Source: Candidatus Zambryskibacteria bacterium RIFOXYC1_FULL_39_10 (GTDB taxonomy: Bacteria; Patescibacteriota; Minisyncoccia; Phycocordibacterales; WO2-35-19). From it: 64,000 bases of DNA. The position numbers and the translations under genes were made by a program. Of this stretch, positions 44,633-55,471 are shown piece by piece; positions within the stretch are counted from its first letter, which is position 1, and each line of letters opens with the position of its first letter. The stretch lies in NCBI GenBank assembly GCA_001824275.1, contig MHWW01000003.1, positions 19,325 to 83,324 on the forward strand, written 5' to 3'. The notes under the pieces are model-generated. The model made no database searches. It had not been told where the DNA came from and worked only from the letters and a program-made list of their open reading frames with translations.

Positions 44633-45919
44633 ATGTTATACAATATACTAAATTATCTTTTTTACAACATGTTTAAAAAATTAAAATACAAGCTAGAATT
44701 AATCCTGCTCAAAATAGGAGATTTTCTAAAAACTGACATCAGATACATAGCCAAACAGGGTTCCTGGTTGGCCGGAGGTTCTATAATAAACAATGTGCTT
44801 AGTTTAGTGTTAATAGTCGTTTTTGCTAACCTTCTCCCCGTTTCCACTTACGGGACATATAAATACATACTTTCCATTTACAGTATATTTGCTCTTTTTG
44901 GACTCACTGGCGCTGGTCCAGCCATTATAAAAACTGTGGCCGAAGGTAATGAAAATATTTTTAAACCTGCCTTAAAAGTGCAAATGAAATGGGGTCTTTT
45001 GGGCTCTCTTTGCCTTATTTTTACATCGCTCTATTATTTTGCCCAGGATAATTATGTTTTTGGCTATGGTTTTATTATTGCCACTGTTGCTCTACCATTT
45101 TTTGAGTCACTCAACACATACCAACAAATTCTAGCTGGTAAAAAGAGGTTTGATTTGCAAACAAAATATTATTCTGCTACTCGTACGGTATCGGCAGTAA
45201 GTTTAATAATTGTTTTGTTTTTTTCAAAAAATGTTTTAGTTGTTTTAGCTGCTTACTTTTTGCCATATATTCTTGCAAATATTATATTTGGAGCCTTGGC
45301 TCTTAAAAAAATAGAGCTCAATGATAAGTTTGATCCCAAATCAATTACTTACATAAAACATTTGAGCTTAATTAATGCTATATCTTATGGAGTTAGTTAT
45401 TTGAATGGAATAATTATCTTCCATTTTCTCGGCCCTATCCAACTTGCTATTTACAGCATTGCTTTGGCTCCATCAGCCCAACTGCAATCATTTTTTGGTA
45501 TTATTCCCGAACTTTCTTTACCTAAATATACAGAAACTCCAATAGAAGAAATCAAGGCAACCATATTCAAAAAAATTAGAAAAGCTATGGTAGTTTGCAC
45601 TTTGATTATGCTGGTGCTTATTGTCATAGTGCCTTTCTTTTTTAGGTGGTTTTTGCCAAAATATATTGATGCTATAATCTATGCCCAACTTCTTGCCATA
45701 CCTCTTGTTTGGTATCCTATTGCCCTTCTTTCCAGAGTCTTGCAAGCCAAAGGGGCTACTAGATTTATTTATGAAAGTTGTATCATTGGCTCAATCATCC
45801 AATTATTCGTCATGTTTACATCAATCTATTTCTTCGGGCTTATGGGCGCTGTTATGGGAACTATAATTTATTCTATAATCTCATTCCCTATCCTCTACTA
45901 TTATTTCCAAAAACTTTAA
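44633..45919 (+). CDS. wzx: Wzx-type oligosaccharide flippase
   Basis: About 12 TM helices; YGTYKY, LGPIQLAIYSIA, FGLMGA. Confidence 0.8.
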   Translation: MLYNILNYLFYNMFKKLKYKLELILLKIGDFLKTDIRYIAKQGSWLAGGSIINNVLSLVLIVVFANLLPVSTYGTYKYILSIYSIFALFGLTGAGPAIIKTVAEGNENIFKPALKVQMKWGLLGSLCLIFTSLYYFAQDNYVFGYGFIIATVALPFFESLNTYQQILAGKKRFDLQTKYYSATRTVSAVSLIIVLFFSKNVLVVLAAYFLPYILANIIFGALALKKIELNDKFDPKSITYIKHLSLINAISYGVSYLNGIIIFHFLGPIQLAIYSIALAPSAQLQSFFGIIPELSLPKYTETPIEEIKATIFKKIRKAMVVCTLIMLVLIVIVPFFFRWFLPKYIDAIIYAQLLAIPLVWYPIALLSRVLQAKGATRFIYESCIIGSIIQLFVMFTSIYFFGLMGAVMGTIIYSIISFPILYYYFQKL

Positions 45920-45920
45920 T

Positions 45921-47747
45921 TTAACTTTTCCAATACTTACTCACCACTTTATAATTTGTGATAAGTGAAAAAACAAATCTAGGGTATTTATCAAGCAAAA
46001 GCTGAGCTTTATCTTTTTTAACTAAGTCACAAATATTAGAATCCTTAAGGCCCAGTTCTTCAGAATATTTTTGGTGATACGTAATGGCTTCGTCTAAATC
46101 AGAAAGGACTTTTTCCTTTGCATATTTTCTTATATCTATACCAAAGCCAGATTTTTTTCTATATATCAATTCTTTAGGCAAATATTTCTTCATACTTTCT
46201 TTCATTATTTTCTTACTCAAGGCGCTAGTCGAAAATCTAATGTCTGGAGAAACAGAATTGCAGGTATTGAAAAACTCTTTATCTAAAAATGGCACTCTAG
46301 ACTCAATCCCATAAGCCATACTAGACATATCACCTTTGTACATCAGGTTGTATGGCAAATACATAAATAAATCAAAAAATAGATTAGGTTGAATTAAATT
46401 TTTATATGGGTGATTTTCATAATAATTTTGCATATATAAAAGTGTCTCTTTTTGCTTTATGGGTAAATCAGCAACTCTTGCAGTATACAAATATTCATTT
46501 CCTAGAGTTTCAAAAGAACTAAGAAAATTTCTAGCCCTTGATAAAACGGGGTTAGCAAATTTCATATAGTTTTCAGATTTTAAGGAAAATAATGATTCGG
46601 GGAAAAAACTTTCAAACTTCATTTGATCAAACCCGGCAAAATTTTTGTGTCTTTGATATCCTCCAAAAAGCTCATCTCCTCCTTCGCCCGAGAGTACTAC
46701 TTTTGATCTATTTTTTATGGTTGAAAAAATTAGTGATGTAGGAATAAAAGAAACATCGCCAGTTGGCTGGTCGATTATGTCCCACAACAAATCATATTGA
46801 TTTCTAAAATTTTCTATTGATATTTTTTCTTCAACAAATGGCAAATTTAGATGTCGAGCTACTTTTTTTGCATAACCTTTGTCCCCGCTTCCCTCGATAG
46901 AGACACTGAAGCAGGTGGGATTTTGTCCTGCCTCTTTAGATAAGGCTGCCAAAAATGAAGAGTCATTACCGCCCGACAGTAACAAGCCAACTGGCACATC
47001 AGAGATATAATGCTTTTCCACACTTTCTAAAAGACTTTTGTTAATTAATTGAGATGCTTCATTTTCATCTGTGATTAGAGTGCGGTTATTTTCATTTTTT
47101 ATTTTAGCAAAAGATCTTTTTATTTCTCCACTCCTCAGGTTAAAATTGATAATTTCACCTGGCAAAACTTTTTTAATTTCTTTAAACGAAGTCAGGTCCC
47201 CCGGAAAATAACCAAAATTATAATAAAGAAAATATGCAGAGGTATTTGGAGTTAATTTATTTAATTGTGGTAGGAGTGCCTTGACTTCGGAGGCAAAAAC
47301 AATTTCCTTACCTGAAATAGCATAATAGAGCGGCTTTATGCCAAATTGATCTCTGGATAGTGTTAGCTCTCCTTTCTTAACATCATATAAAACTGTCGCC
47401 CACATGCCTCTTAATTTTGAAAATATTTCAGATCCATACTCTTCAAAACCCTTTAATAAAACTTCAGTATCACTATTGCTTTTGAAGCTATAACCAAGAT
47501 TCACCAAATCTTTTTTTATATCTTTAAAATTATATATTTCACCATTAAATATTATGGACAGATTACTTGAATCATTAAACATCGGCTGATGACCATTTTC
47601 CGATAAATCTATTATTGAAAGTCTGGCTTGGTATAGAGAAATATTTACATCTCTAAATTTACCATCGTCATCGGGACCGCGATGTTTTATAGCGTCGGCT
47701 GATGAAGAAAAATCTTTTTTAAGTGTTGTGCCAAATATGCCACACAT
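45921..47747 (-). CDS. asnB: Asparagine synthase (glutamine-hydrolysing)-like amidotransferase
   Basis: MCGI, HRGPD, RLSIIDL, FNGEIYN, LSGGNDS, SGEGGDELFGGY, ESRVPFLD. Confidence 0.9.
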   Translation of the reverse strand: MCGIFGTTLKKDFSSSADAIKHRGPDDDGKFRDVNISLYQARLSIIDLSENGHQPMFNDSSNLSIIFNGEIYNFKDIKKDLVNLGYSFKSNSDTEVLLKGFEEYGSEIFSKLRGMWATVLYDVKKGELTLSRDQFGIKPLYYAISGKEIVFASEVKALLPQLNKLTPNTSAYFLYYNFGYFPGDLTSFKEIKKVLPGEIINFNLRSGEIKRSFAKIKNENNRTLITDENEASQLINKSLLESVEKHYISDVPVGLLLSGGNDSSFLAALSKEAGQNPTCFSVSIEGSGDKGYAKKVARHLNLPFVEEKISIENFRNQYDLLWDIIDQPTGDVSFIPTSLIFSTIKNRSKVVLSGEGGDELFGGYQRHKNFAGFDQMKFESFFPESLFSLKSENYMKFANPVLSRARNFLSSFETLGNEYLYTARVADLPIKQKETLLYMQNYYENHPYKNLIQPNLFFDLFMYLPYNLMYKGDMSSMAYGIESRVPFLDKEFFNTCNSVSPDIRFSTSALSKKIMKESMKKYLPKELIYRKKSGFGIDIRKYAKEKVLSDLDEAITYHQKYSEELGLKDSNICDLVKKDKAQLLLDKYPRFVFSLITNYKVVSKYWKS

Positions 47748-47748
47748 A

Positions 47749-48540
47749 TTATTTTTTTATAAATAAAAACTGATTACATCCGATATAATTGGTAGTTTTT
47801 ATATTTTGTAATTCAAAACTTCTTTGTTTATAAAAATCAAAAATCTCTCTGACAGAGGCATACTCATAAGGGTAACCCCCAAGCCAATCAACCAGATCAG
47901 TGCTCCATGCCATTCCTCTTTTTGTCTTATAGGAGGACATAACATTAAAAGGATTTTTAAGGTGTAATAATAAAATCACAAAATTATAACTTATATACAT
48001 ATACTCCATAATTTTTTTAACAATAAATGGGGACTTGTTATAAAAATGTTTAATTTGCCACCACATTCTAGAACCCAATTTCCCTTCAACATTATTATAA
48101 ATAGCCACAAAAATAACGCCCCCCTTTTTTATATTTTTTGAAATATTTTCCAGTGCTTGCCACATATTCCCTGTGTGATGCGCCACACCCCAACAATAGA
48201 CAATATCAAATTGGCCTAGGCCAGAAATAAAACTTGAATCAAGCAAAGAACCTTGGTGTACTTGCCAATTTTCTTTATATGGAGAATTGGCCTTAAGTCG
48301 CTCAGCGCATTCTACCGCCACTTTGTCATAATCCACACTCATCACTACTTTAGCTCCAAGCTCTAATGCTGCCAGCGAATGAAGCCCGCTTCCTGAGCCA
48401 AAATCAACAAAGGTTTTATCTGCCAGTGTATCTACCTTCAAAAAATCAGCCAATTTGAGCTTACTAGCCTCTAACACCTCATTAGAAAAATGATTATTTA
48501 GGAAGCTTTGCCAATTTTTGCCAAATTCAAATCTGTTCAT
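47749..48540 (-). CDS. Class I SAM methyltransferase
   Basis: RFEFGKNW, DFGSGSG, WGVAHHTG, DWLGGYPYE. Confidence 0.88.
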   Translation of the reverse strand: MNRFEFGKNWQSFLNNHFSNEVLEASKLKLADFLKVDTLADKTFVDFGSGSGLHSLAALELGAKVVMSVDYDKVAVECAERLKANSPYKENWQVHQGSLLDSSFISGLGQFDIVYCWGVAHHTGNMWQALENISKNIKKGGVIFVAIYNNVEGKLGSRMWWQIKHFYNKSPFIVKKIMEYMYISYNFVILLLHLKNPFNVMSSYKTKRGMAWSTDLVDWLGGYPYEYASVREIFDFYKQRSFELQNIKTTNYIGCNQFLFIKK

Positions 48541-49571
48541 ATTTCTAATTCAAGCATGTTTAACAGTTTTTTTAAATGCATATCAAATGAAAATCTATCC
48601 TTTACTCTCTCTTTTGCTCCCTTTCCCATCTGAATTATTTTTTGGGGATTATTTAAAAGACTAGTTAACGCTTCGCCAAATGATTTTTTGTCCCCCGGAG
48701 CAATTACAATACCCGAGAGTCCATTTTCTATAATTTCTGGCACTGCCCCAACCGAAAAACATATAGGGGCTAAGCCAAATGACATTGCCTCAAGAAGCAC
48801 ATTTGGACACCCTTCTTTTTTAGAAGTGAGAACAAAAATATCAGAATTTGTATAATGATTTTTTAATAAACCTTTATCCATCGCCCCCAAACATTTTATT
48901 TTATCTTCCATTTCAGATTCCTTTATTTTTGCCGAAATTTTATCAAAAAGAATACCATTCCCTATAATTTCCAGAACAAAATTTTTATTTTTTACATAAT
49001 CTTTAAATATAGTTATTAAATCTTCAAAACCTTTCTTGGGAGTAAAACTACCTACTGCTATAATTTTAATAGGATTATTTGGCTCTTTTTTGTTATCAGT
49101 ATTTTCTTGTATTTCAACGCCATTATATAAAACTACCATTTTACTTTTGTGAAATGGGTCATATGAAGCATAAGAATTTTTAACCGCCCCAGCAACCATT
49201 ACCAATTTGTAAACCAAAAAATTTAAAACGACATCAGCAATTTTAAATTTAAGTGGTTTATCAAAGGTTTCATTTGCTTCTCGGCAAAATAATTTGAAAG
49301 GAGTAAAAATTCTAGCAATTTTAGCTACAAAATTTGCATCATCAAGAGTTGAATAAACATGAGTAATTTTGTCTTTTTTTATTTTTTTTATTAAATTAAA
49401 ATAACCTTTGGTATCATAGAGGTTTTTAAAATTACTTGGATAGAGAGTGTATATTTCACATATGTAACCCAAATTTGAAAGTTCCTCTGCTTCCTTTATA
49501 AAAACACCTTCAGCACCTCCCCTAGACAGCTTATTTATAACAAATAGTATTTTTGTATTATTTTTATTCAT
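48537..49571 (-). CDS. GT4 glycosyltransferase
   Basis: GGAE, EGCPNVLLEAM. Confidence 0.88.
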   Translation of the reverse strand: MNKNNTKILFVINKLSRGGAEGVFIKEAEELSNLGYICEIYTLYPSNFKNLYDTKGYFNLIKKIKKDKITHVYSTLDDANFVAKIARIFTPFKLFCREANETFDKPLKFKIADVVLNFLVYKLVMVAGAVKNSYASYDPFHKSKMVVLYNGVEIQENTDNKKEPNNPIKIIAVGSFTPKKGFEDLITIFKDYVKNKNFVLEIIGNGILFDKISAKIKESEMEDKIKCLGAMDKGLLKNHYTNSDIFVLTSKKEGCPNVLLEAMSFGLAPICFSVGAVPEIIENGLSGIVIAPGDKKSFGEALTSLLNNPQKIIQMGKGAKERVKDRFSFDMHLKKLLNMLELEI

Positions 49572-49572
49572 A

Positions 49573-50181
49573 TTATTTAATGCAAAAAACCCTATATGAA
49601 CTCGTCTGATTACTATTTTGTTTTTTAAACAAAATGTCTAACAAATCAAAAAATTTGGTTTTTTTTGAAAATAATGGAAACAAATTCATGACAGTAGAAA
49701 TTGCCCCTTTAACACTTTTGATCTCAATTTCTTTAAAATCCCTGCACATATACTCCCAGGCGTCTTTGGTAAATCTATAAAAATCTTTGTAATAGCCATT
49801 CATCGGGTGATAATAAAAAATAAAAGGAGCATCAAAGTAAGCGTACCCACCCGGTTTTAGAACTCTATAAATTTCTTTCACCGCCTTCTGGGGTTCTTCA
49901 ACGTGCTCTAAAACATTCATGCAAATAACGGCGTCCACACTATTATCTTCAAACGGGAGGTCGTGAACATCACCGACTATATCTGGATTATAATCTGAGA
50001 CCTTATCCAGAATCACATATTTAACTTTTGGTAGATATTGGTCAATAAAATAATGCTGTTTGTTTCTATTGTTTTTAGACGGGTCTATTCTGAGTCCACC
50101 CCCAATATCCAATATATAATATTTTTCTTTAAATATTTTTTCTATTTTCAATTTGAAGAAAGAGTCCCAGGGTTTTATCAT
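49573..50181 (-). CDS. Class I SAM methyltransferase (Methyltransf_11)
   Basis: LDIGGG, GDVHDLPF, VLEHV, RVLKPGG. Confidence 0.88.
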   Translation of the reverse strand: MIKPWDSFFKLKIEKIFKEKYYILDIGGGLRIDPSKNNRNKQHYFIDQYLPKVKYVILDKVSDYNPDIVGDVHDLPFEDNSVDAVICMNVLEHVEEPQKAVKEIYRVLKPGGYAYFDAPFIFYYHPMNGYYKDFYRFTKDAWEYMCRDFKEIEIKSVKGAISTVMNLFPLFSKKTKFFDLLDILFKKQNSNQTSSYRVFCIK

Positions 50182-51518
50182 TTTTTACGATTTAAAATAT
50201 TAAAAAAAGCATTTGAAAACAAAATCAAAACAAATGGCAAGCCTTGAATAGCGTATCTAGCATTAGCGGCTGGGCCTGCCAAAATCATAAGATAAATGGG
50301 TATGAATATAAAGGCCCAAGTCATTTTCCTTTTTCTCTCTTTCCAAACCGTCCCCATTGCCACAACATAGACAATGAGCCAAAACATTCTTTCAGTAATT
50401 TTCCACCAAACAGAAGTCACACTTTCAAAAAACAATCTCCACTCACGAGAAACCAGGTAACTTATAGCGCCTGTCTTTTTAAACTGATTTTCGATATGCA
50501 TGGCCTCCTTGTAAGTAATTATTGTGTCCTGAATTGAAGAAGAAAAAATAAAAGGTAACGAAGAAGAAATATGATATTTAAAGTAAGTAAATGGATGCTC
50601 TAAAATAATTTTTTGAGCTACACTAGAAACTTGTTTAGAATAACGCAAATCACTCCACTGCCCTCTTTTTAGCCCGATTTTATTTTCCAGGTTTGTTCTC
50701 TCTTCAGCAAGAGTAGTATGATTTTGATTAGACAAAAAAAGTGGTGCAGCGTAATCAGCAAGATTAATTGCTTTGAAAGATGTGAAATCAGCTACTCCTA
50801 TGGATTTATAATTTCTATAGACCCAGGGTGAGACTGCCATTAAGACAACGAAAATCATAATAGTTAAGGATTTTATTTTTTCTTTTACAGACAACTTCGA
50901 AGCCAAAAAAGGCACAGCAAATATTGGTAATGCAAATACCCCCATTGGTCTCACATATATAGCTAATGCAAAAATTATTGAAATAAAAATTATTCTTTTG
51001 ATATTGTAGTGACCAGAAATAGCAAGATAAAAACCAAGTAAAAATAGAAATAGAAACAAAATATCAGTCAAAATAATAAGTGATAAAGTCAAGACAAGAG
51101 GATTCAAAATAAATATAGCCCCAGCTATTTCGCCTACCTTATGTGAATGAAATAGCGCTCCCAGCCTTCTGATTATTATCACGGAGCCAAACGCCAAAAA
51201 TATTTGAATTAATGAGATCAAAAAATAAGATCTCCCAACTGTTTTTAGTGTAGCTACAAAAAATGGATAGCCGGGTGCTCGCAAAGTATTGATTTCACCA
51301 TTACTAGAAAAAGTGTAATTTTGTATTATTGAATCGGCCAAACCTTTGTACTCCTCGCTGTCCTGTGGCACCACGGGCAAAACCGGCTCTAGATTGGTCA
51401 CCTTTTGAATATTGGCAAGATGGATAGTAAAGACCCAAACTATAATATAGATAATAAAAATAGAAAAAAATATAACCTTAAACCATTTAGAAAAACTGTT
51501 TATTTCTTTAATTATCAT
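50178..51518 (-). CDS. GT-C membrane glycosyltransferase (ArnT/PMT-like)
   Basis: DSEEY, RAPGYPFF, LTDILF, multiple TM helices, ARY. Confidence 0.8.
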   Translation of the reverse strand: MIIKEINSFSKWFKVIFFSIFIIYIIVWVFTIHLANIQKVTNLEPVLPVVPQDSEEYKGLADSIIQNYTFSSNGEINTLRAPGYPFFVATLKTVGRSYFLISLIQIFLAFGSVIIIRRLGALFHSHKVGEIAGAIFILNPLVLTLSLIILTDILFLFLFLLGFYLAISGHYNIKRIIFISIIFALAIYVRPMGVFALPIFAVPFLASKLSVKEKIKSLTIMIFVVLMAVSPWVYRNYKSIGVADFTSFKAINLADYAAPLFLSNQNHTTLAEERTNLENKIGLKRGQWSDLRYSKQVSSVAQKIILEHPFTYFKYHISSSLPFIFSSSIQDTIITYKEAMHIENQFKKTGAISYLVSREWRLFFESVTSVWWKITERMFWLIVYVVAMGTVWKERKRKMTWAFIFIPIYLMILAGPAANARYAIQGLPFVLILFSNAFFNILNRKK

Positions 51519-51533
51519 TACATTAAATATAGA

Positions 51534-52298
51534 CTATTTCTTTTCCAAAACAACCATCATTCTGGTAGCAAAAATAAGTGGTAATAAATCCAAAACTTTT
51601 TCTATTTTTTTAATAATTGGCAATACCTCGATTGAATAAAAAGAAGGCTTACTAAAACCGCCTGACAAAACATATGAAAGTGCTGACATTTTTTTTATTT
51701 CTAAGATATTCCAATCTTTAAATCTTTCAATCTTTAAATCTTTAAATACTCTCGTCGCATTGCCTTGAGCCGCGTAGTATTGTTCATCAGGATTTTCACC
51801 ATTTTTATAAAACCAATTTATTTTTTTAAACAAACTCACTGGTTCGTGATGAAAAATCCCGTAAATAATTAAACCCAGGAGTGAGATGTACGGTTCAAAA
51901 ATAATCACTCGTCCATCTTTTGCAAGCACCCTATTAAATTCTTTCAAAGCTGAACCAGGAAAAGCTAAGTGATGAAAAACATCAAACAAAACTAAATTTG
52001 AAACAGAGTTATTTTGAAACGAAAGATTATAGGCACTCTCAACTTGGTCAATCCAAGGATTAGGGAAAATATCGGTCGCGATACACTTTGGGTATACACT
52101 TTTGAAATTACCGATTCCAGAACCAAGTTCCACCACTTCCCCTTTTAAATCACTCCTGACCCATTTTAAGATCAAGTCGTAAAATCCTCTATAGATTTCC
52201 CTTAAAAGCGGCTTCTTATTCCAAGCTTCCAAATTCTTCTGAATCTCTAGATTATGCTGGTCTATATTAATTCCTGTCATAGGTTTATGGCTTAACAT
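51534..52298 (-). CDS. Class I SAM methyltransferase
   Basis: VELGSGIG, DVFHHL, IFEP. Confidence 0.85.
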   Translation of the reverse strand: MLSHKPMTGINIDQHNLEIQKNLEAWNKKPLLREIYRGFYDLILKWVRSDLKGEVVELGSGIGNFKSVYPKCIATDIFPNPWIDQVESAYNLSFQNNSVSNLVLFDVFHHLAFPGSALKEFNRVLAKDGRVIIFEPYISLLGLIIYGIFHHEPVSLFKKINWFYKNGENPDEQYYAAQGNATRVFKDLKIERFKDWNILEIKKMSALSYVLSGGFSKPSFYSIEVLPIIKKIEKVLDLLPLIFATRMMVVLEKK

Positions 52299-52312
52299 AA
52301 AAACATTTTAGA

Positions 52313-53023
52313 TCAACTTGTTTGTTTTACTCGTCCACACACAATGATACTTGTTCCAAAGGGAAAAGTGATTGAAGGAATGCAGGAAGTTTCAAGAGAC
52401 ATGTACCACATAAGTATTTTATTTAGAATCTCCGGTAACCGCAAAGCTGAACCGCCACTTTTTCCTGTCAGTCTAACAAGGGCGGCTGGAAAAAATAGCA
52501 GGCAGTTCCAGTAACTTGCGTAATCTATCTCCAAACCACACCCATCGAAGAGTTCCTTAATTTGCCTTTTGTTGTAACGGCGAAAATGTTGATGTTCTAC
52601 ATCATGAACGCCCCATAAAAACTGAAATGCCGGTACCGTTGCCACTACCAATCCTCCGGGCGCAAGCGTAGACACTATCATCGAAAGGAATTTCTTATCG
52701 TCTTCAATATGTTCAAGAACATCAAATGCCCCAACTACGGAAAATCGACCCTTCATGTTTGCCAATATTTCCTCTGTGTAGACAACCTCGGAATAACCCC
52801 GAGCCTCACAGACTTTTCCTATTTCTCGATTTGGTTCGTATGCGACAATTCTAGTTGCTTTATTAAAAACTTCTTTCATTCCGCCGTAACCTGCGCCCAC
52901 ATCGCAAGCTTCACCATTTTCCTTTGAAAATTTTATTAGTACACGTTTCGCGGCGTTTTTGCGGCCCCAGTACCACCAGGACTTTTCTGCATCTAAAAGT
53001 AACTCAAAAGCTTTATTGATCAT
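52313..53023 (-). CDS. Class I SAM methyltransferase
   Basis: DVGAGYG, FDVLEHIEDD, TVPAFQFLW, HFRRY. Confidence 0.88.
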   Translation of the reverse strand: MINKAFELLLDAEKSWWYWGRKNAAKRVLIKFSKENGEACDVGAGYGGMKEVFNKATRIVAYEPNREIGKVCEARGYSEVVYTEEILANMKGRFSVVGAFDVLEHIEDDKKFLSMIVSTLAPGGLVVATVPAFQFLWGVHDVEHQHFRRYNKRQIKELFDGCGLEIDYASYWNCLLFFPAALVRLTGKSGGSALRLPEILNKILMWYMSLETSCIPSITFPFGTSIIVCGRVKQTS

Positions 53024-53724
53024 ATTTTTAATGCTTGTCGAATTCGCATCATTGCAATAAGAGCTTGAAGACCATCACGAACAACACGAAGCTTACTTGC
53101 TCGGTGCACGTAGTAAAATTCTTCCCATTCAATTGGCAATTCTTCAACCACCAGACGAGCTGATGTTGCTTGAGCGATTAGTTCAAGATCAAGAAACCAA
53201 GTTGTTTCCTTGCAGGCTATAAGTACCTCTTTACCTTTTATATTCATACACTTCAAACCACACTGGGCGTCCTTAACTCGAATGGGTAAGATTATGCGAG
53301 CAACAAAGTTGAATAATTTAGATGAGACCGTCCTTAAGTAGCTACGTTTGACTTTTGTTTCGTCAAGAAACCTCGAACCAATAACAATATCTTTTCCTGT
53401 CGATAGGTGGTCAACGAACACGGCAATATTTTTTGGAGAAACAGAAAGATCGGCATCAATAAAACAAAAAAAATCAGCTAACGAATACTCTGCCGCTCTC
53501 CGAATTGCAATTCCTTTACCTTTTTCTGAAATAGAAAGAAGGATTGTATTTTTTAATCCGGCGGTAATTACCTTTTGCCTCGTATCATCAGTAGAGCCAT
53601 TGTCAGCAACAATAATACGCCACTCTATATCTGGCCTCTTCTTTACCTCTTCTTGAATCGTTCGAATAGTATTGATAATAATCGAGGATTCATTCAAAAC
53701 CGGAATACATATGTCACATTTCAT
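53020..53724 (-). CDS. GT2 polyprenol-phosphate glycosyltransferase (DPM1/ALG5-like)
   Basis: IPVLNE, DNGSTD, GKG, DADL, GSRF, DAQCGLK. Confidence 0.88.
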   Translation of the reverse strand: MKCDICIPVLNESSIIINTIRTIQEEVKKRPDIEWRIIVADNGSTDDTRQKVITAGLKNTILLSISEKGKGIAIRRAAEYSLADFFCFIDADLSVSPKNIAVFVDHLSTGKDIVIGSRFLDETKVKRSYLRTVSSKLFNFVARIILPIRVKDAQCGLKCMNIKGKEVLIACKETTWFLDLELIAQATSARLVVEELPIEWEEFYYVHRASKLRVVRDGLQALIAMMRIRQALKI

Positions 53725-53785
53725 AAAGTTTTTTTAAAGTTTTGTGGTGTAAAATTATGTGATATTATACTAAGGAAAGTCTACC

Positions 53786-55471
53786 ATGATTTCTAAAAAA
53801 ACAGGAGTTATTCTTTTCTTAATAATATTGATTTTATTTGTAGGTACACGCGTTGCCGGTCTTCATATTTCCTATCAACAAGACGAATCAAAGTTGCCTT
53901 ATTTCGCCGATAAAACACAACATCTTCCTGGTGGCATTCCACATCCACCGCTAATGGAACTTCTTTTTAATAATGCCGGCACCGTGCTTGGGGCAGATAA
54001 TTACCGAATTATACCTTTTACTCTTGGTTTCATCAATATCTTTTTGCTTTTTTATCTAGCTAAAATAATGTTTAACACCCGCACCGCTCTATGGGCAATA
54101 TTTTTGTTTACAGTTGTTTATTTTTCCCTTATTTCATCACTTATGCTTGGTGTGGACGGAGAGTTTATGCCATTATTTTTTCTTATTGCAGGGATTGCGT
54201 ATTACAAGCTTCGATTAAAAAACTTTGCTTTAAAAGAAACTTGGCCGTATCTTATTATTTTTATTTTTGGAATAGTTGGAGGAGTGTTGACTAAAGTGAG
54301 CGCGGTTCTACCTATTGGCGCCTTTGCATTAGATTTCGGGATAGAAAAAAATATATTTAAAGATATAAGAAAAACAATGAAATACCTGTTGTTTGGATTG
54401 ATTACTTTGATTGTACTCGGTGGTATACTTTATCTGTCTAAATTTGTCTTTACTTTTTTCGATATAGATAAAGCCCTTACTTATTGGAAACATTTTTCTA
54501 ATTCATCAAGTTTTCTAGATCGTGGTTGGCTTCAGACATTTATACAGTTTTGGAAATGTATATTATACGCTTCACCACTTCTTATTCTCACACCGTTTTT
54601 TATAAACAAAGAAATATGGGAGAAGACTAAACCTCTTTTTTTCTTTTTGGGTATCGGTGTTATTTTTTATCTTTTCGTTTTCGACTTCTCTCTTGGGGCA
54701 ATTGATATGTACTTGCAATTCTCTGTTGTACCACTTTGTATTATATCTGCTGCAGTGTTTGCCAAACACATCGGAAACAAAGGTGACGAAAGTGACAAAC
54801 AAAAAAACAAAATAACATTCCAAATAATCGGGGCTATACTAATTTTCTTTTTGCAATTTCTGCCTCATATAGTTCCGCCTCTTTATCCGAAGATTTTGTG
54901 GTTATCTAGAGTGATTTCTCTTAAATGGAACTTTCTGTTCCCTTTCACTGGTGGCTCTGGACCTGTACCTTTTTATGTTTCTTTCCTTTTTATAGCAATG
55001 TCTTGGATGATTTGTGTATTATTTGTCCTCTACTCTTTAAAGAGACCCGCTGTTAAAAAAATTGCAATAATATCCATTTTGATTTTTGGTCTAACCTACA
55101 ATGTCATTTTCATGGAAGAATACTTGTTTGGACGTATAAACGGTAGCACCCAGACACTCATAGACAACGCTGTTGTTCACATTAAATCAAACAATAAAAT
55201 TAAAGAAGTTTTGGTCTATAACGACAACGGTGGATTCGAAATACGGCAGACTGAGAAATATAAGAGAAGGATATACGCTGTCCCAGCTTACGAGAAATAT
55301 TACAAAGAAATATTTGAGGGTTTTAGGGGCAATATTCTTTTTATAGACATCCCAAAACTCTCTGAGGATAGCTTTTATAAAAAATTCTTTGACACTTGCA
55401 CTGTTGTATATGATGAATCAAGTGGAAAAATATTATCTAAAATCTACGATTGCTCTATAAAGAAACTATAG
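53786..55471 (+). CDS. GT-C membrane glycosyltransferase (PMT_2/ArnT-like)
   Basis: DE motif, HPPL, multiple TM helices. Confidence 0.75.
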   Translation: MISKKTGVILFLIILILFVGTRVAGLHISYQQDESKLPYFADKTQHLPGGIPHPPLMELLFNNAGTVLGADNYRIIPFTLGFINIFLLFYLAKIMFNTRTALWAIFLFTVVYFSLISSLMLGVDGEFMPLFFLIAGIAYYKLRLKNFALKETWPYLIIFIFGIVGGVLTKVSAVLPIGAFALDFGIEKNIFKDIRKTMKYLLFGLITLIVLGGILYLSKFVFTFFDIDKALTYWKHFSNSSSFLDRGWLQTFIQFWKCILYASPLLILTPFFINKEIWEKTKPLFFFLGIGVIFYLFVFDFSLGAIDMYLQFSVVPLCIISAAVFAKHIGNKGDESDKQKNKITFQIIGAILIFFLQFLPHIVPPLYPKILWLSRVISLKWNFLFPFTGGSGPVPFYVSFLFIAMSWMICVLFVLYSLKRPAVKKIAIISILIFGLTYNVIFMEEYLFGRINGSTQTLIDNAVVHIKSNNKIKEVLVYNDNGGFEIRQTEKYKRRIYAVPAYEKYYKEIFEGFRGNILFIDIPKLSEDSFYKKFFDTCTVVYDESSGKILSKIYDCSIKKL